Source: Candidatus Dojkabacteria bacterium UBA2022 | Lineage (GTDB): Bacteria > Patescibacteriota > Dojkabacteria > SC72 | DNA length: 64,000 bases | Assembly (NCBI GenBank): GCA_002335495.1 | Contig: DDBW01000020.1 | Coordinates: 11,124-75,123 of the forward strand | Direction of reading: 5' to 3' | Shown: positions 30,509-40,082 of the stretch, piece after piece | Position numbering within the stretch: the first letter of the stretch is position 1 | Layout: each line of letters begins with the position of its first letter | Translations under genes and position numbers: made by a program | Notes under the pieces: model-generated | Database searches by the model: none | The model's input: the letters and a program-made list of their open reading frames with translations, nothing else | Told to the model about the DNA's origin: nothing

Positions 30509-31171
30509 ATGAAGACTTATCTATTTCACGGTCAGATAGGGGCGGGTAAGGATACCCAGGTAGAAATGCTCTTAAAAAAGTTTGATGTAGAAAGAGTCTC
30601 AACAGGAGAGATGTTTCGTAAAATGACAGAGGAAGGTGATCAAGAGGCTGCAGATCTGTTTAATAATAAAGTAAAACACGGAATCTGGCCATCCCCAGAA
30701 GAAACCTTTAGTCTTGTTAAAAGGTGGTTGAAGAGGTTTGATTCGAGTAAGGATTGGGTTCTACTCTCTGTCGCTAGATATGCAGAACAGATTCCTTTTC
30801 TTGATGAAGCGCTTAAAGAATATGGAAGAAGCTTGGATAAAGCAGTCCATTTTACAATCCCTGAAGAGGTTGCCTTAGATCGGCTTGCAGGTCGTCAGAT
30901 ATGTCCGAACTGTCAGGCAACGTACCATCCTAAATACAAGCCTGAAAAAGTCAAAGGGGTTTGTGACTTGTGCGGAAGCAAGCTGGAAGTAAGAAAAGAT
31001 GATACTCCTGAGGGCGTAAAGATGAGGTTTGAACAGTATTCTAAATCAGTTCAGCCATGGCTTGATGCATATAAACAAAGGGGTATTTTAATCGAAATAG
31101 ATGCGACACCTTCTATTGAGGATATACATAACGAAGTAATTAAAAATTTAGAATTTACTAATGTACGATAA
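30509..31171 (+). CDS. adk: adenylate kinase with a Cys4 zinc lid and a divergent P-loop
   Basis: The P-loop GQIGAGKDTQ is present. The lid CPNC...CDLC is present. The start was set at the internal Met MKTYLF. The ORF track begins at 30476. Confidence 0.8.
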   Translation: MKTYLFHGQIGAGKDTQVEMLLKKFDVERVSTGEMFRKMTEEGDQEAADLFNNKVKHGIWPSPEETFSLVKRWLKRFDSSKDWVLLSVARYAEQIPFLDEALKEYGRSLDKAVHFTIPEEVALDRLAGRQICPNCQATYHPKYKPEKVKGVCDLCGSKLEVRKDDTPEGVKMRFEQYSKSVQPWLDAYKQRGILIEIDATPSIEDIHNEVIKNLEFTNVR

Positions 31172-31898
31172 AGTTAAGATAAAAAGAATGCAGGTTGCTG
31201 GAGATATTCTTTCAGCTATTCTAAAAGAGTTGCAGGAAGCTGCGGTGGTCGGAACTAACCTTCTGGAATTGGAATATCTCGCTAATGAGCTGTGTTCAAA
31301 TTATAAAGTAAAACCTGCCTTCAAAGGGTATGAAGGATATCCAGCGGCTTTATGTCTTGGTGTAAACGATGTCGTTAATCATGGAATTCCGTATGATTAT
31401 GAACTTGAGGATGGTGATATTATAGGCATTGATATGGGGATTAAGTATCAGAATGTATATTCTGATTGTGCCTACACGGTCATGGTTGGAAACGTATCCG
31501 AGGAGACTAAAAAGTTCGTAGAGACAACTAAACAAGCTGTTATGAATGCAATTAAATTTGCAAAACCAGGTAATACCGTAGGAGACTTAGGGTATGCAAT
31601 GCAATCAACCGTAGAGGCTCAAGGATATTCTGTTGTAAAAGAGATGGTAGGTCATGGTATTGGCTACGAGTTGCACGAAGATCCTTATATCCCAGGATAT
31701 GGGGAAAAAGGAGAGGGTGAAGTGCTTGAAAAAGGTCAGACTATTGCTATTGAAGCTATTATTAATCAAGGCAGTCCTAAAATCTTAATTTCTAAGGAAG
31801 ATGGGTGGACAAGCTTCACTAAAGATGGTATGCTTTCAGCACTATTTGAACACACTGTGGTTGTAGACGATAGTCCCAAGGTTTTAACCAAATGGTAA
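31161..31898 (+). CDS. map: methionine aminopeptidase type I
   Basis: The pita-bread fold and metal ligands are conserved (D..D..H..E..E pattern). It sits in the canonical position after adk. Confidence 0.85.
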   Translation: MYDKVKIKRMQVAGDILSAILKELQEAAVVGTNLLELEYLANELCSNYKVKPAFKGYEGYPAALCLGVNDVVNHGIPYDYELEDGDIIGIDMGIKYQNVYSDCAYTVMVGNVSEETKKFVETTKQAVMNAIKFAKPGNTVGDLGYAMQSTVEAQGYSVVKEMVGHGIGYELHEDPYIPGYGEKGEGEVLEKGQTIAIEAIINQGSPKILISKEDGWTSFTKDGMLSALFEHTVVVDDSPKVLTKW

Positions 31899-31962
31899 TT
31901 GCATAGAAGATTACTCTTTGATATAATCCGAAGGATTTATCTTATTCTTATAGTGAGACTTT

Positions 31963-32196
31963 ATGTCAAACAAAGACAGGAATGTTATTGAACTAAGCGG
32001 TGTGGTTAAAGAGTGTTTACCTGATACGAAATTTGTAGTAGAGGTAGATGTAAACGGTCAGAAGCATGATATTGTAGGATATCTGTCTGGTAAGATGAGG
32101 ATGCATTATATTAGGATTCTCGAAGGAGACAAGGTAAAGATTGAAATAACTCCTTACGACCCTAAACAAGGTAGAATAATATATAGAGATAAATAA
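31963..32196 (+). CDS. infA: translation initiation factor IF-1
   Basis: It is a 77-aa S1-like OB fold protein in the canonical position. Confidence 0.9.
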   Translation: MSNKDRNVIELSGVVKECLPDTKFVVEVDVNGQKHDIVGYLSGKMRMHYIRILEGDKVKIEITPYDPKQGRIIYRDK

Positions 32197-32198
32197 AA

Positions 32199-32315
32199 AT
32201 GAAGGTTCAGGCTTCGGTTAAAAAAAGATGTGCAGATTGTTATGTAGCAAAGCGAAAGGGTCGTGTTTACGTTTACTGCAAAAAGAATGCTAATCATAAG
32301 CAGAGACAAGGTTAA
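32199..32315 (+). CDS. rpmJ: 50S ribosomal protein L36
   Basis: It was translated manually as [38 protein letters not shown] (38 aa). This is the classic L36 zinc ribbon. It is absent from the ORF track because it is too short. Confidence 0.9.
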   Translation: MKVQASVKKRCADCYVAKRKGRVYVYCKKNANHKQRQG

Positions 32316-32332
32316 TTTTGATATATTTTTGA

Positions 32333-32716
32333 ATGGCAAGAGTCGCAGGAATTGAAATACCAGATAATAAGAGAGTATGGGTTTCCCTTACTAATATCTA
32401 TGGTATTGGGCCTATTACCGCTAAAAAGGTAATCGGTGTCCTTAACATTAAAGATACTGTTATGCTAGGCGATCTTAGCACAGCGCAACTTGATGTTCTT
32501 CGAAAGTATGTTGAAGAGAATTTTACTGTAGAGGGAGAGTTGAAGCAGAGGATATTTAGAGATATTAAAAGATTGAAAGATATTAGAAGTTATAGAGGAG
32601 TTAGACATAAGCTTGGCTTGCCAGTAAGAGGTCAGAGAACTAGACATAACGCACATACTCGAAAGGGTAGGTCTCAGCCTGTTGGTGGTTTGAAGCATAA
32701 ACTTGAAAAGACTTAA
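32333..32716 (+). CDS. rpsM: 30S ribosomal protein S13
   Basis: ARVAGIEIPDNKRV opens the S13 start. Confidence 0.9.
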   Translation: MARVAGIEIPDNKRVWVSLTNIYGIGPITAKKVIGVLNIKDTVMLGDLSTAQLDVLRKYVEENFTVEGELKQRIFRDIKRLKDIRSYRGVRHKLGLPVRGQRTRHNAHTRKGRSQPVGGLKHKLEKT

Positions 32717-32732
32717 CGTAATATTATAAAAA

Positions 32733-33119
32733 ATGGCTAACACAAAAGTTAAAAAAACTACTAAGAAGAATGTTGCAACAGGGTATGTAAGTATCCAGTC
32801 TACTTTCAACAATACTATTATCTCAATCTGTGATGAAAATGGAGAGTTGTTAGTTCAGGGTTCACCTGCAGTTGTCGGATTTAAAGGATCCAAGAGAAGT
32901 ACCGCTTTTGCAGCAACTAAAGCTGCTATGCACGCTGGAGAGATTGCTGTTAAAAAGTATGGTCTTAAAGAGGTTAAAGTTGTAATTAAAGGTCCAGGAG
33001 CAGGTAGAAACGCTGCTGTTAAGGGACTCGACTCAGTTGGAATTAAAGTTACTCAGTTAATAGATAAAACACCTTTGCCTCACAATGGTTGTAGGCCAAG
33101 AAAATTACCTAGAAAATAA
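32733..33119 (+). CDS. rpsK: 30S ribosomal protein S11
   Basis: The S11 core (NNTIISICDENGELLVQGS) is present. Confidence 0.9.
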   Translation: MANTKVKKTTKKNVATGYVSIQSTFNNTIISICDENGELLVQGSPAVVGFKGSKRSTAFAATKAAMHAGEIAVKKYGLKEVKVVIKGPGAGRNAAVKGLDSVGIKVTQLIDKTPLPHNGCRPRKLPRK

Positions 33120-33135
33120 CATTTATTAAATAATT

Positions 33136-33747
33136 ATGGGAAGATATACAGGAGCAAAAGAGAAATTAAGTAGACGAGAGGGAATTAACCTCTTTTTGAA
33201 AGGTGCTAGATCATACTCACAGAAAGCAGGTGTTGTAAGAAAACCATATGCTCCTGGTCAGCACGGTAATGCTAAGAAAACAAGATTATCTAACTACGGA
33301 ATTCAGTTAAGAGAGAAGCAGAAGGTTAAGAGAATGTATGGAGTTCGAGAGAGACAGTTCAAGAATATGGTTAATGAAGCAACTAGAATTGCAAGAGTAA
33401 GAAATACAGATAGAGGTCTTGAACTATTGAAGCTTCTTGAAATGAGATTGGATAATGTTGTTTACATGCTAGGTTTTGCTCCTTCAAAGAATGCCGCAAG
33501 ACAGTATGTTACTCACAAGCATGTTATGGTAAATGGAAAGGTATTAAATATCCCATCCTACACAGTTAATGTAGAAGATGTTATCGAGTTGAAGAATACA
33601 AAGCTTGCTCCTGAGCAGGTACTAGTAAAGGTTCCAATGTGGTTGGAAACTGATAAGAATAAAGGAAAGGTTGTAAAGGAGCCAGTAAGGGAAGATATTG
33701 ACGAAGGAATTAAAGAGAACTTAATAATTGAGTTCTACTCTAGATAA
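33136..33747 (+). CDS. rpsD: 30S ribosomal protein S4
   Basis: GRYTGAKEKLSRREG opens the S4 start. Confidence 0.9.
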   Translation: MGRYTGAKEKLSRREGINLFLKGARSYSQKAGVVRKPYAPGQHGNAKKTRLSNYGIQLREKQKVKRMYGVRERQFKNMVNEATRIARVRNTDRGLELLKLLEMRLDNVVYMLGFAPSKNAARQYVTHKHVMVNGKVLNIPSYTVNVEDVIELKNTKLAPEQVLVKVPMWLETDKNKGKVVKEPVREDIDEGIKENLIIEFYSR

Positions 33748-33766
33748 ATTTTATAACTATAACGAA

Positions 33767-34732
33767 ATGCTTAGCTTTGAAGATATTGCCGTAAAAGTTG
33801 TCGCAGAGGAAGGAAATTCCGGTCAGTATGAAATAACTCCTTTGCCAAAAGGATATGGACATACATTAGTAAACTCATTGAGAAGAATTCTTCTTTCCAG
33901 TCTTGCTGGTAGCGCTATTACAAGCGTAAGAATTAAGGGAGTTGAACATGAGTACTCCGCTCTTGAGGGAGTAAAAGAGGATGTTGTTGAGATTATCTTG
34001 AACTTGAAGCAGATTAAGTTCAATGTATCAGCTGATGAACCACAGATTTGTAAGTTAGAAGTTAAGGGTAAGGGTGTTGTTACAGCTAAGGACTTAAAGC
34101 TTCCAGCAGGAGTTGAAGTTTCCAGTCAGAACGTAGAGATTGCTACCATTACTGATGAGAAAGCTTCCTTGGTTATGGAGATTGTTGTAGAAAGAGGAGT
34201 TGGTTATAAAGAAGCTAACGATGACGTTAGATCTGAAGTTGGAAGAATTCCTGTTGATGCAGACTTCTCCCCAATCGTAAATGTAAAGTTTGAAGTTACT
34301 GATGCTCGAAAAGGTCAGATTACTAACTTGGATGCAGTAAAGATTGCTATTGAAACTGATGGAAGCATTGCTCCAAAGCAGGCTTTACTAGAGAGTGCAA
34401 AGATTTTACAAGACTTCGCAGGTAAGGTAATGGTTGCTCTTGGAGTATCAAAGAAGGAAGTTGAGCAGAGAGCTGAAGAAACAAGTGCTATTCCAGAAGT
34501 TGTAGATACAGTAGCAGCAGTTGAAGATGAAGTAAGTGGATGGAAAGTTGAAGATCTCCCTATTTCAAAGAGATCTAAGTCAGGACTATTAGCAGGAGGA
34601 TTCCAAACAGTTGGAGATCTCTCAAATGCTAAGGTTGCTGATCTGCTAGAATTGCCAGGATTTGGTAATAAGTCTCTCAACGAGGTTGTAGAGCTTATGA
34701 AGCAGTACGGAATTGATATTAAAGCTGAGTAA
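33767..34732 (+). CDS. rpoA: DNA-directed RNA polymerase alpha subunit
   Basis: The alpha-NTD and CTD are conserved. The start was set at the internal Met MLSFEDI to avoid overlap with rpsD. Confidence 0.9.
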   Translation: MLSFEDIAVKVVAEEGNSGQYEITPLPKGYGHTLVNSLRRILLSSLAGSAITSVRIKGVEHEYSALEGVKEDVVEIILNLKQIKFNVSADEPQICKLEVKGKGVVTAKDLKLPAGVEVSSQNVEIATITDEKASLVMEIVVERGVGYKEANDDVRSEVGRIPVDADFSPIVNVKFEVTDARKGQITNLDAVKIAIETDGSIAPKQALLESAKILQDFAGKVMVALGVSKKEVEQRAEETSAIPEVVDTVAAVEDEVSGWKVEDLPISKRSKSGLLAGGFQTVGDLSNAKVADLLELPGFGNKSLNEVVELMKQYGIDIKAE

Positions 34733-34737
34733 TAATT

Positions 34738-35250
34738 ATGTTTAAGAGACAAGGATTTAAAAAATTAGGAAAGAAGGCTTCTCACAGAAATGCTATGAGT
34801 AAGAATCTTTTGAGATCAATCTTCCAGAGTGGTTATGTTACTACCACTACTCCAAAGGCAAAGATGCTTAAGGGAGAGGTTGAGAGCTTGATAAGCCGAG
34901 TGAAGAAAGCTGATAAAGGATTAAACCTTTATAAGTATCTTGAAACCGTAATGGGAAATAGAAAACTTTCAGAAGCAGTTATTAACTATGTAGAAGGAAA
35001 TGGGATTGTTAAACTTGTTAAGGTCGGATATAGAGCTGGAGACAATGCACAGAAGAGTAAAGTTGAACTAGTTGGTTTTAAAGTAGAGAAAAAAGAAGCT
35101 AAGAGTGCAAAAACTGAAGCTAAGAAAGTTGTCGCAGAACCTAAAAAAGTTGAGAGAAGAGGATTAAAGAATGTTTTGGGAGGAAATAAGTCAGTAAGTA
35201 AGAACGTTGCTGTTAAAAAAGAGAGATCTAGAACTAGATCAGGTATTTAA
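34738..35250 (+). CDS. rplQ: 50S ribosomal protein L17 (with a Lys-rich C-terminal extension)
   Basis: The L17 core is followed by a K/E-rich tail. Confidence 0.9.
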   Translation: MFKRQGFKKLGKKASHRNAMSKNLLRSIFQSGYVTTTTPKAKMLKGEVESLISRVKKADKGLNLYKYLETVMGNRKLSEAVINYVEGNGIVKLVKVGYRAGDNAQKSKVELVGFKVEKKEAKSAKTEAKKVVAEPKKVERRGLKNVLGGNKSVSKNVAVKKERSRTRSGI

Positions 35251-35268
35251 TTGTTATTGTAAAACGCC

Positions 35269-35700
35269 GTGCAGAAGACTAAGTGGACAAAAAGTGAAGA
35301 TATTAAAAGAGAGTGGTATGTTGTTGATGCTAAGGACCAGATTTTGGGAAGAGTTGCATCAAAAGTAGCTTCTTTGCTTATTGGTAAAGGAAAAGTTAAT
35401 CAGGTTCCAAATATGGATTGTGGAGATCATGTTATTGTTATCAATAGTAAGGATATAAAAATGACCCGAAACAAAGAGGTAAAGAAGATGTACTATAGTC
35501 ACACTGGCTTTCCAGGTGGATTTAAGGAGATTCGCTTTGATAAGCTACTTGATAAGGATCCAAAAGCTCCTATCAGAATGGCTGTTGAAAAGATGCTCCC
35601 AAAGAACAAACTTAGGCCTCTTATGTTAAAGAGACTTTATGTCTTTGCAGATGATAAACATAATCATAATGCACAGGCACCTAAAACTATTAATTTGTAA
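35269..35700 (+). CDS. rplM: 50S ribosomal protein L13
   Basis: The L13 signature (KREWYVVDAKDQILGRVAS) is present. Confidence 0.9.
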   Translation: MQKTKWTKSEDIKREWYVVDAKDQILGRVASKVASLLIGKGKVNQVPNMDCGDHVIVINSKDIKMTRNKEVKKMYYSHTGFPGGFKEIRFDKLLDKDPKAPIRMAVEKMLPKNKLRPLMLKRLYVFADDKHNHNAQAPKTINL

Positions 35701-35711
35701 ATTAGAACGCA

Positions 35712-36107
35712 GTGAGTAAGATCGAATACTTTGAAGGAATTGGAAGAAGAAAAACATCTATAGCTAGAGTTAGAGTTCAAAGTGGTAAGGCCGTTTCTAC
35801 AATTAATGGTATTCCTTATAACGAGTATTTTAAAGTTGAAGCAAATTCTAAGGCTGTATTAAAGCCAATCAGCACAGTCGGGCTTGATGATAAAGTGTAT
35901 TTCACAGCTAAGGTAGCTGGAGGTGGAATTACTGGTCAGGTAGAGGCTATTCAGCTTGGAGTTGGTCGTGCTTTATACGAAATGTCATCTGATATGAAAT
36001 CTCCTCTCAGAAAAGCTGGGTTTGTAACAAGAGATCCAAGAATGGTTGAGAGAAAGAAATATAACCAGAGAAAAGCAAGAAAGAAACCACAGTTCTCAAA
36101 GAGATAG
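35712..36107 (+). CDS. rpsI: 30S ribosomal protein S9
   Basis: The S9 signature is present, ending in the conserved ...KKPQFSKR. Confidence 0.9.
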   Translation: MSKIEYFEGIGRRKTSIARVRVQSGKAVSTINGIPYNEYFKVEANSKAVLKPISTVGLDDKVYFTAKVAGGGITGQVEAIQLGVGRALYEMSSDMKSPLRKAGFVTRDPRMVERKKYNQRKARKKPQFSKR

Positions 36108-36183
36108 TTTGGTTCTCTATTCGTTATTGCAGTTTTCATAAATTAATCGCATAATAGGGTAAGTAAATTTACTGCCTTTATTT

Positions 36184-37092
36184 ATGCTTAAGAATTTTAG
36201 TGTACCTAAGAATTTCGGTTTTGTTATAACCGTCGTTTCATTAGGTCTAGTTCTAATCTCCCTTCTTATCTTCCTATATAACTCCTTCTTTGCAACTCCA
36301 AATGATGAGAGGGTTGTTGGATCTAATTCAGGTTCTGTCGATTATGATATGGGTGAGGAAGTTATAGCGCCGGACAAAGGTGGTTACTACCCACCGGTAG
36401 ATGGAGGTGGTAGTGCGGATAGCGAAGATGAGCAAAAGCTAATCAAAACAGGATCCTTTGATATATTGGTCGATGATTTTGATGAGGTATTAGGTAATGT
36501 TAAACAGAGTGCTAAGCAGTTAGGCGGCTTGGTTGTTTCTACAAACGACTCAGGAGTTGGTGAGGATAGATCTGTAATGATTACTATTAAGGTTCCTGCT
36601 ACAGCCTTTGATACCTTTGTTGAGAAAGTAAAGGGATACGCCTCTGTTGTGAACTCATATACTGAAGATACTACTGATGTAACCAAAACCTATCAGGATT
36701 TGGAAGCAAGATTGAAGAATGAAAAGGCTTTGGAGAGTAAGCTAGTTGAAATATTAGGTAAGGCTACCAAAGTATCGGAAATTCTCGAAGTGCAAAGAGA
36801 GCTATCTCAAGTCCAGCAGAATGTTGAAGTTATGGAATCTCAGTTGAAGTACTATAATTCTCAAATTGAGATGTCCTCCGTTACGATCTCAATGGAGTTA
36901 AGCTCCGAATCTCTTGAAGTAACTGGGGATAAGTGGCAGCCAGTAGGGGTCTTTAAAGAGGCTGTAGCCTCCTTGGTGATGCTTTTGAAGGATCTAGGTA
37001 CCTTTGTAATATGGGCAGCAGTTTTCTCTCCTGTGTTGCTTCTGTTATATCTGGTTGCAAGATTGGTCTCAAAGCGTGTAACCATCAAATAG
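36184..37092 (+). CDS. membrane protein with N- and C-terminal TM helices flanking a coiled-coil region (DUF4349-like architecture)
   Basis: 302 codons. A hydrophobic helix is present at each end. The centre has heptad-like charged repeats. Confidence 0.45.
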   Translation: MLKNFSVPKNFGFVITVVSLGLVLISLLIFLYNSFFATPNDERVVGSNSGSVDYDMGEEVIAPDKGGYYPPVDGGGSADSEDEQKLIKTGSFDILVDDFDEVLGNVKQSAKQLGGLVVSTNDSGVGEDRSVMITIKVPATAFDTFVEKVKGYASVVNSYTEDTTDVTKTYQDLEARLKNEKALESKLVEILGKATKVSEILEVQRELSQVQQNVEVMESQLKYYNSQIEMSSVTISMELSSESLEVTGDKWQPVGVFKEAVASLVMLLKDLGTFVIWAAVFSPVLLLLYLVARLVSKRVTIK

Positions 37093-37101
37093 TGGTATAA
37101 T
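37093..37101 (+). promoter_or_regulatory. extended -10 (TGgTATAAT) driving RNase P RNA
   Basis: tggTATAAT lies immediately after the upstream stop codon. It is ~7 nt upstream of the predicted rnpB 5' end. Confidence 0.4.
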
Positions 37102-37106
37102 ATAAC

Positions 37107-37420
37107 GCACAAGTATCCTATGCAGTTGCTGTGGCAATATTTGTTTTGCCATAGAGGAAAGTCCGGACTTCGTGTCGGTCTCGAATATTATCGAGATAGA
37201 TGCCAACGCGAGTTGGGAGGGAGTGATCTCTCGGATAAAAGGGCCACAGAGAATATACCGCCCGCAAGGGTAAGGGTGAAAAGGTAGTGTAAGAGACTAC
37301 CGGGATAAACAGTAATGTTTATTTGCTTTGTAACCCCCTTCTGAAGCAAGGTGATATATAACACCGCATAGATAGATAACTGCATAAAACAGAATCCGGC
37401 TTATGGGGTGCTTGTGCCTT
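37107..37420 (+). ncRNA. rnpB: RNase P RNA (bacterial type)
   Basis: The universally conserved P4 strands GAGGAAAGUCCGG (37154-37166) and ACAGAAUCCGGCUUA (37389-37403) are present. So is the AGGGUGAAAAGGUAGUGUAAGAGACUACC (P10-P12) block. The P1 pairing is gcacaag/cttgtgc. Protein ORFs called across it are spurious. Confidence 0.85.
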
Positions 37421-37461
37421 CTCTGACGACATCTTCGTCGTTAAAAATCCTCTTTATATCG

Positions 37462-37489
37462 TTGATTTTTCATTTATGCGTCGTATAAT
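37462..37489 (+). promoter_or_regulatory. sigma70-type promoter (TTGATT-16-TATAAT) upstream of the TrmB-like regulator gene
   Basis: -35 TTGATT is at 37462-37467 and -10 TATAAT at 37484-37489. Confidence 0.45.
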
Positions 37490-37517
37490 GTACTGTTAAT
37501 ATATTAACAGAGTAGTT

Positions 37518-38318
37518 ATGGACATATTGGATGTCTTTAAGGAGTTTGGATTAAAAGAAGATCATTTTAAAATCTATAAAGCTAGTTTGGAGTGGGGAGA
37601 AACGACTATTTCCAATCTTGCATATAAATCAAAGGTTGCTAGAAGTACAGTTTACGAACTAATTGGTGCTCTAATTAACTTGGGACTAATTAAAGTGTCC
37701 TTGAAAAATGATACTAAACTGTATTCACCAGCTGATCCTGAGAGAATATATGAGCTTCTTGAAAAGAAAAACTCTGAAATTACTCAGTTAATTTCAGTTA
37801 CAAAAAATAAAATGAAAGAGTTAAAAGCCATTCAGAATGTAAGTAAAAGTAAGCCTAAAATATATCTGCTTGAAGGAGCTGATGGAATTAAGCAGGCATA
37901 CGAAATGACCCTTCATACAGATGAGGTTCTTGTTCAGTGTCTCACCGATGACTATGGAGATGTTCCATCTAGTTTCTTTGATGATTATTTCGATCGCTTC
38001 TTTTTAAAGTCTAATGTAAAGTCCAAAGAAATTCTTAGAGAGAACGAGGATGATGAGTATTTACAAAAATATGGATCTAAGAAGAACTTGCAGATTAGAA
38101 TTCCAGTGGAGGGAGAAACTAGTACCGATTTTATGGTGTTTGACGATAAAGTTATATTTGTTTCTTTTGTTAAAGGTGGTTCATACGCCCTTGTAGTGGA
38201 AGATTCTAAGGTGGCTTCTTGTATGAAAAATCTCTTCAATCAGGCCTGGGAGACTGCGGCCAAGAAAGATGATAGAGTTAAGAGAGGTGAAAAAGTGATG
38301 ATTGAGTACGGAGTTTAG
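37518..38318 (+). CDS. TrmB-like winged-helix transcriptional regulator
   Basis: The N-terminal HTH (TISNLAYKSKVARSTVYELIGALINLGLIKV) is typical of TrmB/sugar-specific regulators. A C-terminal effector-like domain follows. Confidence 0.5.
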   Translation: MDILDVFKEFGLKEDHFKIYKASLEWGETTISNLAYKSKVARSTVYELIGALINLGLIKVSLKNDTKLYSPADPERIYELLEKKNSEITQLISVTKNKMKELKAIQNVSKSKPKIYLLEGADGIKQAYEMTLHTDEVLVQCLTDDYGDVPSSFFDDYFDRFFLKSNVKSKEILRENEDDEYLQKYGSKKNLQIRIPVEGETSTDFMVFDDKVIFVSFVKGGSYALVVEDSKVASCMKNLFNQAWETAAKKDDRVKRGEKVMIEYGV

Positions 38319-38330
38319 TTGTTGAATATC

Positions 38331-38355
38331 AGGGAGGGTTACTCCTCCCTGGTAA
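38331..38355 (+). terminator. stem-loop (CAGGGAGGG/CCTCCCTG) after the TrmB-like gene
   Basis: It is a 9-bp stem with a 4-nt loop. There is no U-tract. Confidence 0.3.
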
Positions 38356-38385
38356 CTATTAATATTAGTTTATTTTCCAATCGCA

Positions 38386-39123
38386 ATGAAAGATAGTTTT
38401 GAAAAGGTATTTGAAGATGTTAAAACTGTGATTGTAATCACAGCCCATCCCGACGACCTTGAATTATATGCTGGAGGAACTATTGCTAGGTGTTTAGACC
38501 TTGGAATTAGAGTTGTGAGTGTAAGAATGACGTTAGGAGAGAAAGGGTCTCGTGAAGATTATATTGCTGAGAGCGAGCTTAAAGCTATTCGAAAAGGTGA
38601 GGACACTCAGGCTATGAGTGAATTGGGTGTACCAGCTCGTGATTGTGAATATCTGGATCTAGGAGATGGGGCTGTTGAGTATAGTATTGAAAATATCAGT
38701 AAACTTTCATATCTATTTAGAAAGTATCAGCCAGACCTTCTAATTACTCACAACCCTGAAGATAAAATAATTAGATTTGCGAAAGACGTTAACTGGATAA
38801 ATCATAGGGATCATCAGAATACAGGTTTGTTAGCTATTGATGCAGCCTATCCATATTCAAGGGATCGTAATTTCTTTTCTCATCATTTTAGTGAAGATAT
38901 AAAACCTGCGAGATGCACCAAATTCCTACTTGTAGACTATTATGACCATGAGGATACTGTAAATATCGATGTTACAGATTTTATTAGCCGAAGGATTAAT
39001 GCTCATGCCAAGCACGTATCTCAATACTCTCTTGAAGATGCAAAAGCTTCTGCCGATTTCTTTACCCTTAAAGAGGGTAGTGATAGACGGTGGGAATCTT
39101 TCCGTTATGTTGTTGCTGATTAG
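38386..39123 (+). CDS. PIG-L/LmbE-family N-acetylglucosaminyl deacetylase
   Basis: The N-terminal VIVITAHPDDLELYAGG motif (AHPDDE-type zinc-binding signature) is present. Confidence 0.7.
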   Translation: MKDSFEKVFEDVKTVIVITAHPDDLELYAGGTIARCLDLGIRVVSVRMTLGEKGSREDYIAESELKAIRKGEDTQAMSELGVPARDCEYLDLGDGAVEYSIENISKLSYLFRKYQPDLLITHNPEDKIIRFAKDVNWINHRDHQNTGLLAIDAAYPYSRDRNFFSHHFSEDIKPARCTKFLLVDYYDHEDTVNIDVTDFISRRINAHAKHVSQYSLEDAKASADFFTLKEGSDRRWESFRYVVAD

Positions 39124-40055
39124 TTTCTACCTGCTAAATATTGAGATGCGGTCATGAGTCTCTTTCCCTCTGGCTGAAGCTCAAGAATCTCAATCTGATC
39201 CTCTTTGCAACCTAATATTAGCCTGGCTCTATCATCTAATCTTTCCCCCGGATTTAGCTGAGGAAATACATTTAATACTCTAGTTTTATATATCTTCACT
39301 CTTTCTCCCTCGATCATTGTCCATGCTACTGGCCATGGAATTGATGCTCTTACGAGTCTTTCTATATATACAGCGTTCATACTTGTAAAATCAATCTCCA
39401 TTTTCTCTTTCGCAATGTCTTTCTTGTAACAGTATGTGGCCTCTGAATCGTTTTGGGCCATTGCAGTAATCTCTCCTTTTACCCATCTAATCAAAAGATC
39501 GGTAATAATCTGAGCCCCTTTTATTACAAGTCTCTCCCTTAACGATTGATTCGTATCGTCCTCACTAATATGCTCCTTATATATACTTAGTATATCCCCA
39601 GTGTCCATGCCTCCATCCATTTTCATTACCGTTATACCAGTCTCCTTCTCTCCATTCATAATCGAGGCTTGTATCGGTACCGCCCCTCTATATTTAGGAA
39701 GAATTGAAAAGTGGATATTTATAGATCCATACTTAGGTGCAAGCAGAAATTCCTCTTTGATGATCTCACCAAAAGCAATGCAAACAACTAAATCAGGTTT
39801 ATATTTATCTAAAGATTGGGAGTATATATCCTCTGTTTTACTAGTTTCAACAATATTAATTCCTCTATCTAATGCAAATTCTTTTACCTCAGTCGGAGTT
39901 AATATCTGTTTTCTACCTACAGGTTTATCAGGAGGTGTTATGACTGCCTGGATTTCAAATCTATTATCTTTGTAGATTGCTTTAAGTATCTCAAGGGATT
40001 CCCAGTTGGATCCTAAAAAGATGGTTTTAATTCTTTCCATAACCCGATTATACAT
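39120..40055 (-). CDS. fmt: methionyl-tRNA formyltransferase
   Basis: The formyl transferase N-domain (IFLGSNWESL...) and the C-terminal Fmt domain are present. The start may be the Met at 40040. Confidence 0.85.
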   Translation of the reverse strand: MYNRVMERIKTIFLGSNWESLEILKAIYKDNRFEIQAVITPPDKPVGRKQILTPTEVKEFALDRGINIVETSKTEDIYSQSLDKYKPDLVVCIAFGEIIKEEFLLAPKYGSINIHFSILPKYRGAVPIQASIMNGEKETGITVMKMDGGMDTGDILSIYKEHISEDDTNQSLRERLVIKGAQIITDLLIRWVKGEITAMAQNDSEATYCYKKDIAKEKMEIDFTSMNAVYIERLVRASIPWPVAWTMIEGERVKIYKTRVLNVFPQLNPGERLDDRARLILGCKEDQIEILELQPEGKRLMTASQYLAGRN

Positions 40056-40082
40056 GAGAATATCAAATGGTATAATCTTCCC

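Noticed and set aside
37188-37385. 65-codon minus-strand ORF
   Set aside because: It lies entirely within the RNase P RNA gene. The region is explained by conserved rnpB structure.
37432-37450. Small hairpin ACGAC-loop-GTCGT after rnpB followed by an A-run
   Set aside because: The stem is short and there is no U-tract on the transcribed strand. It may be a 3' processing hairpin but cannot be supported as a terminator.
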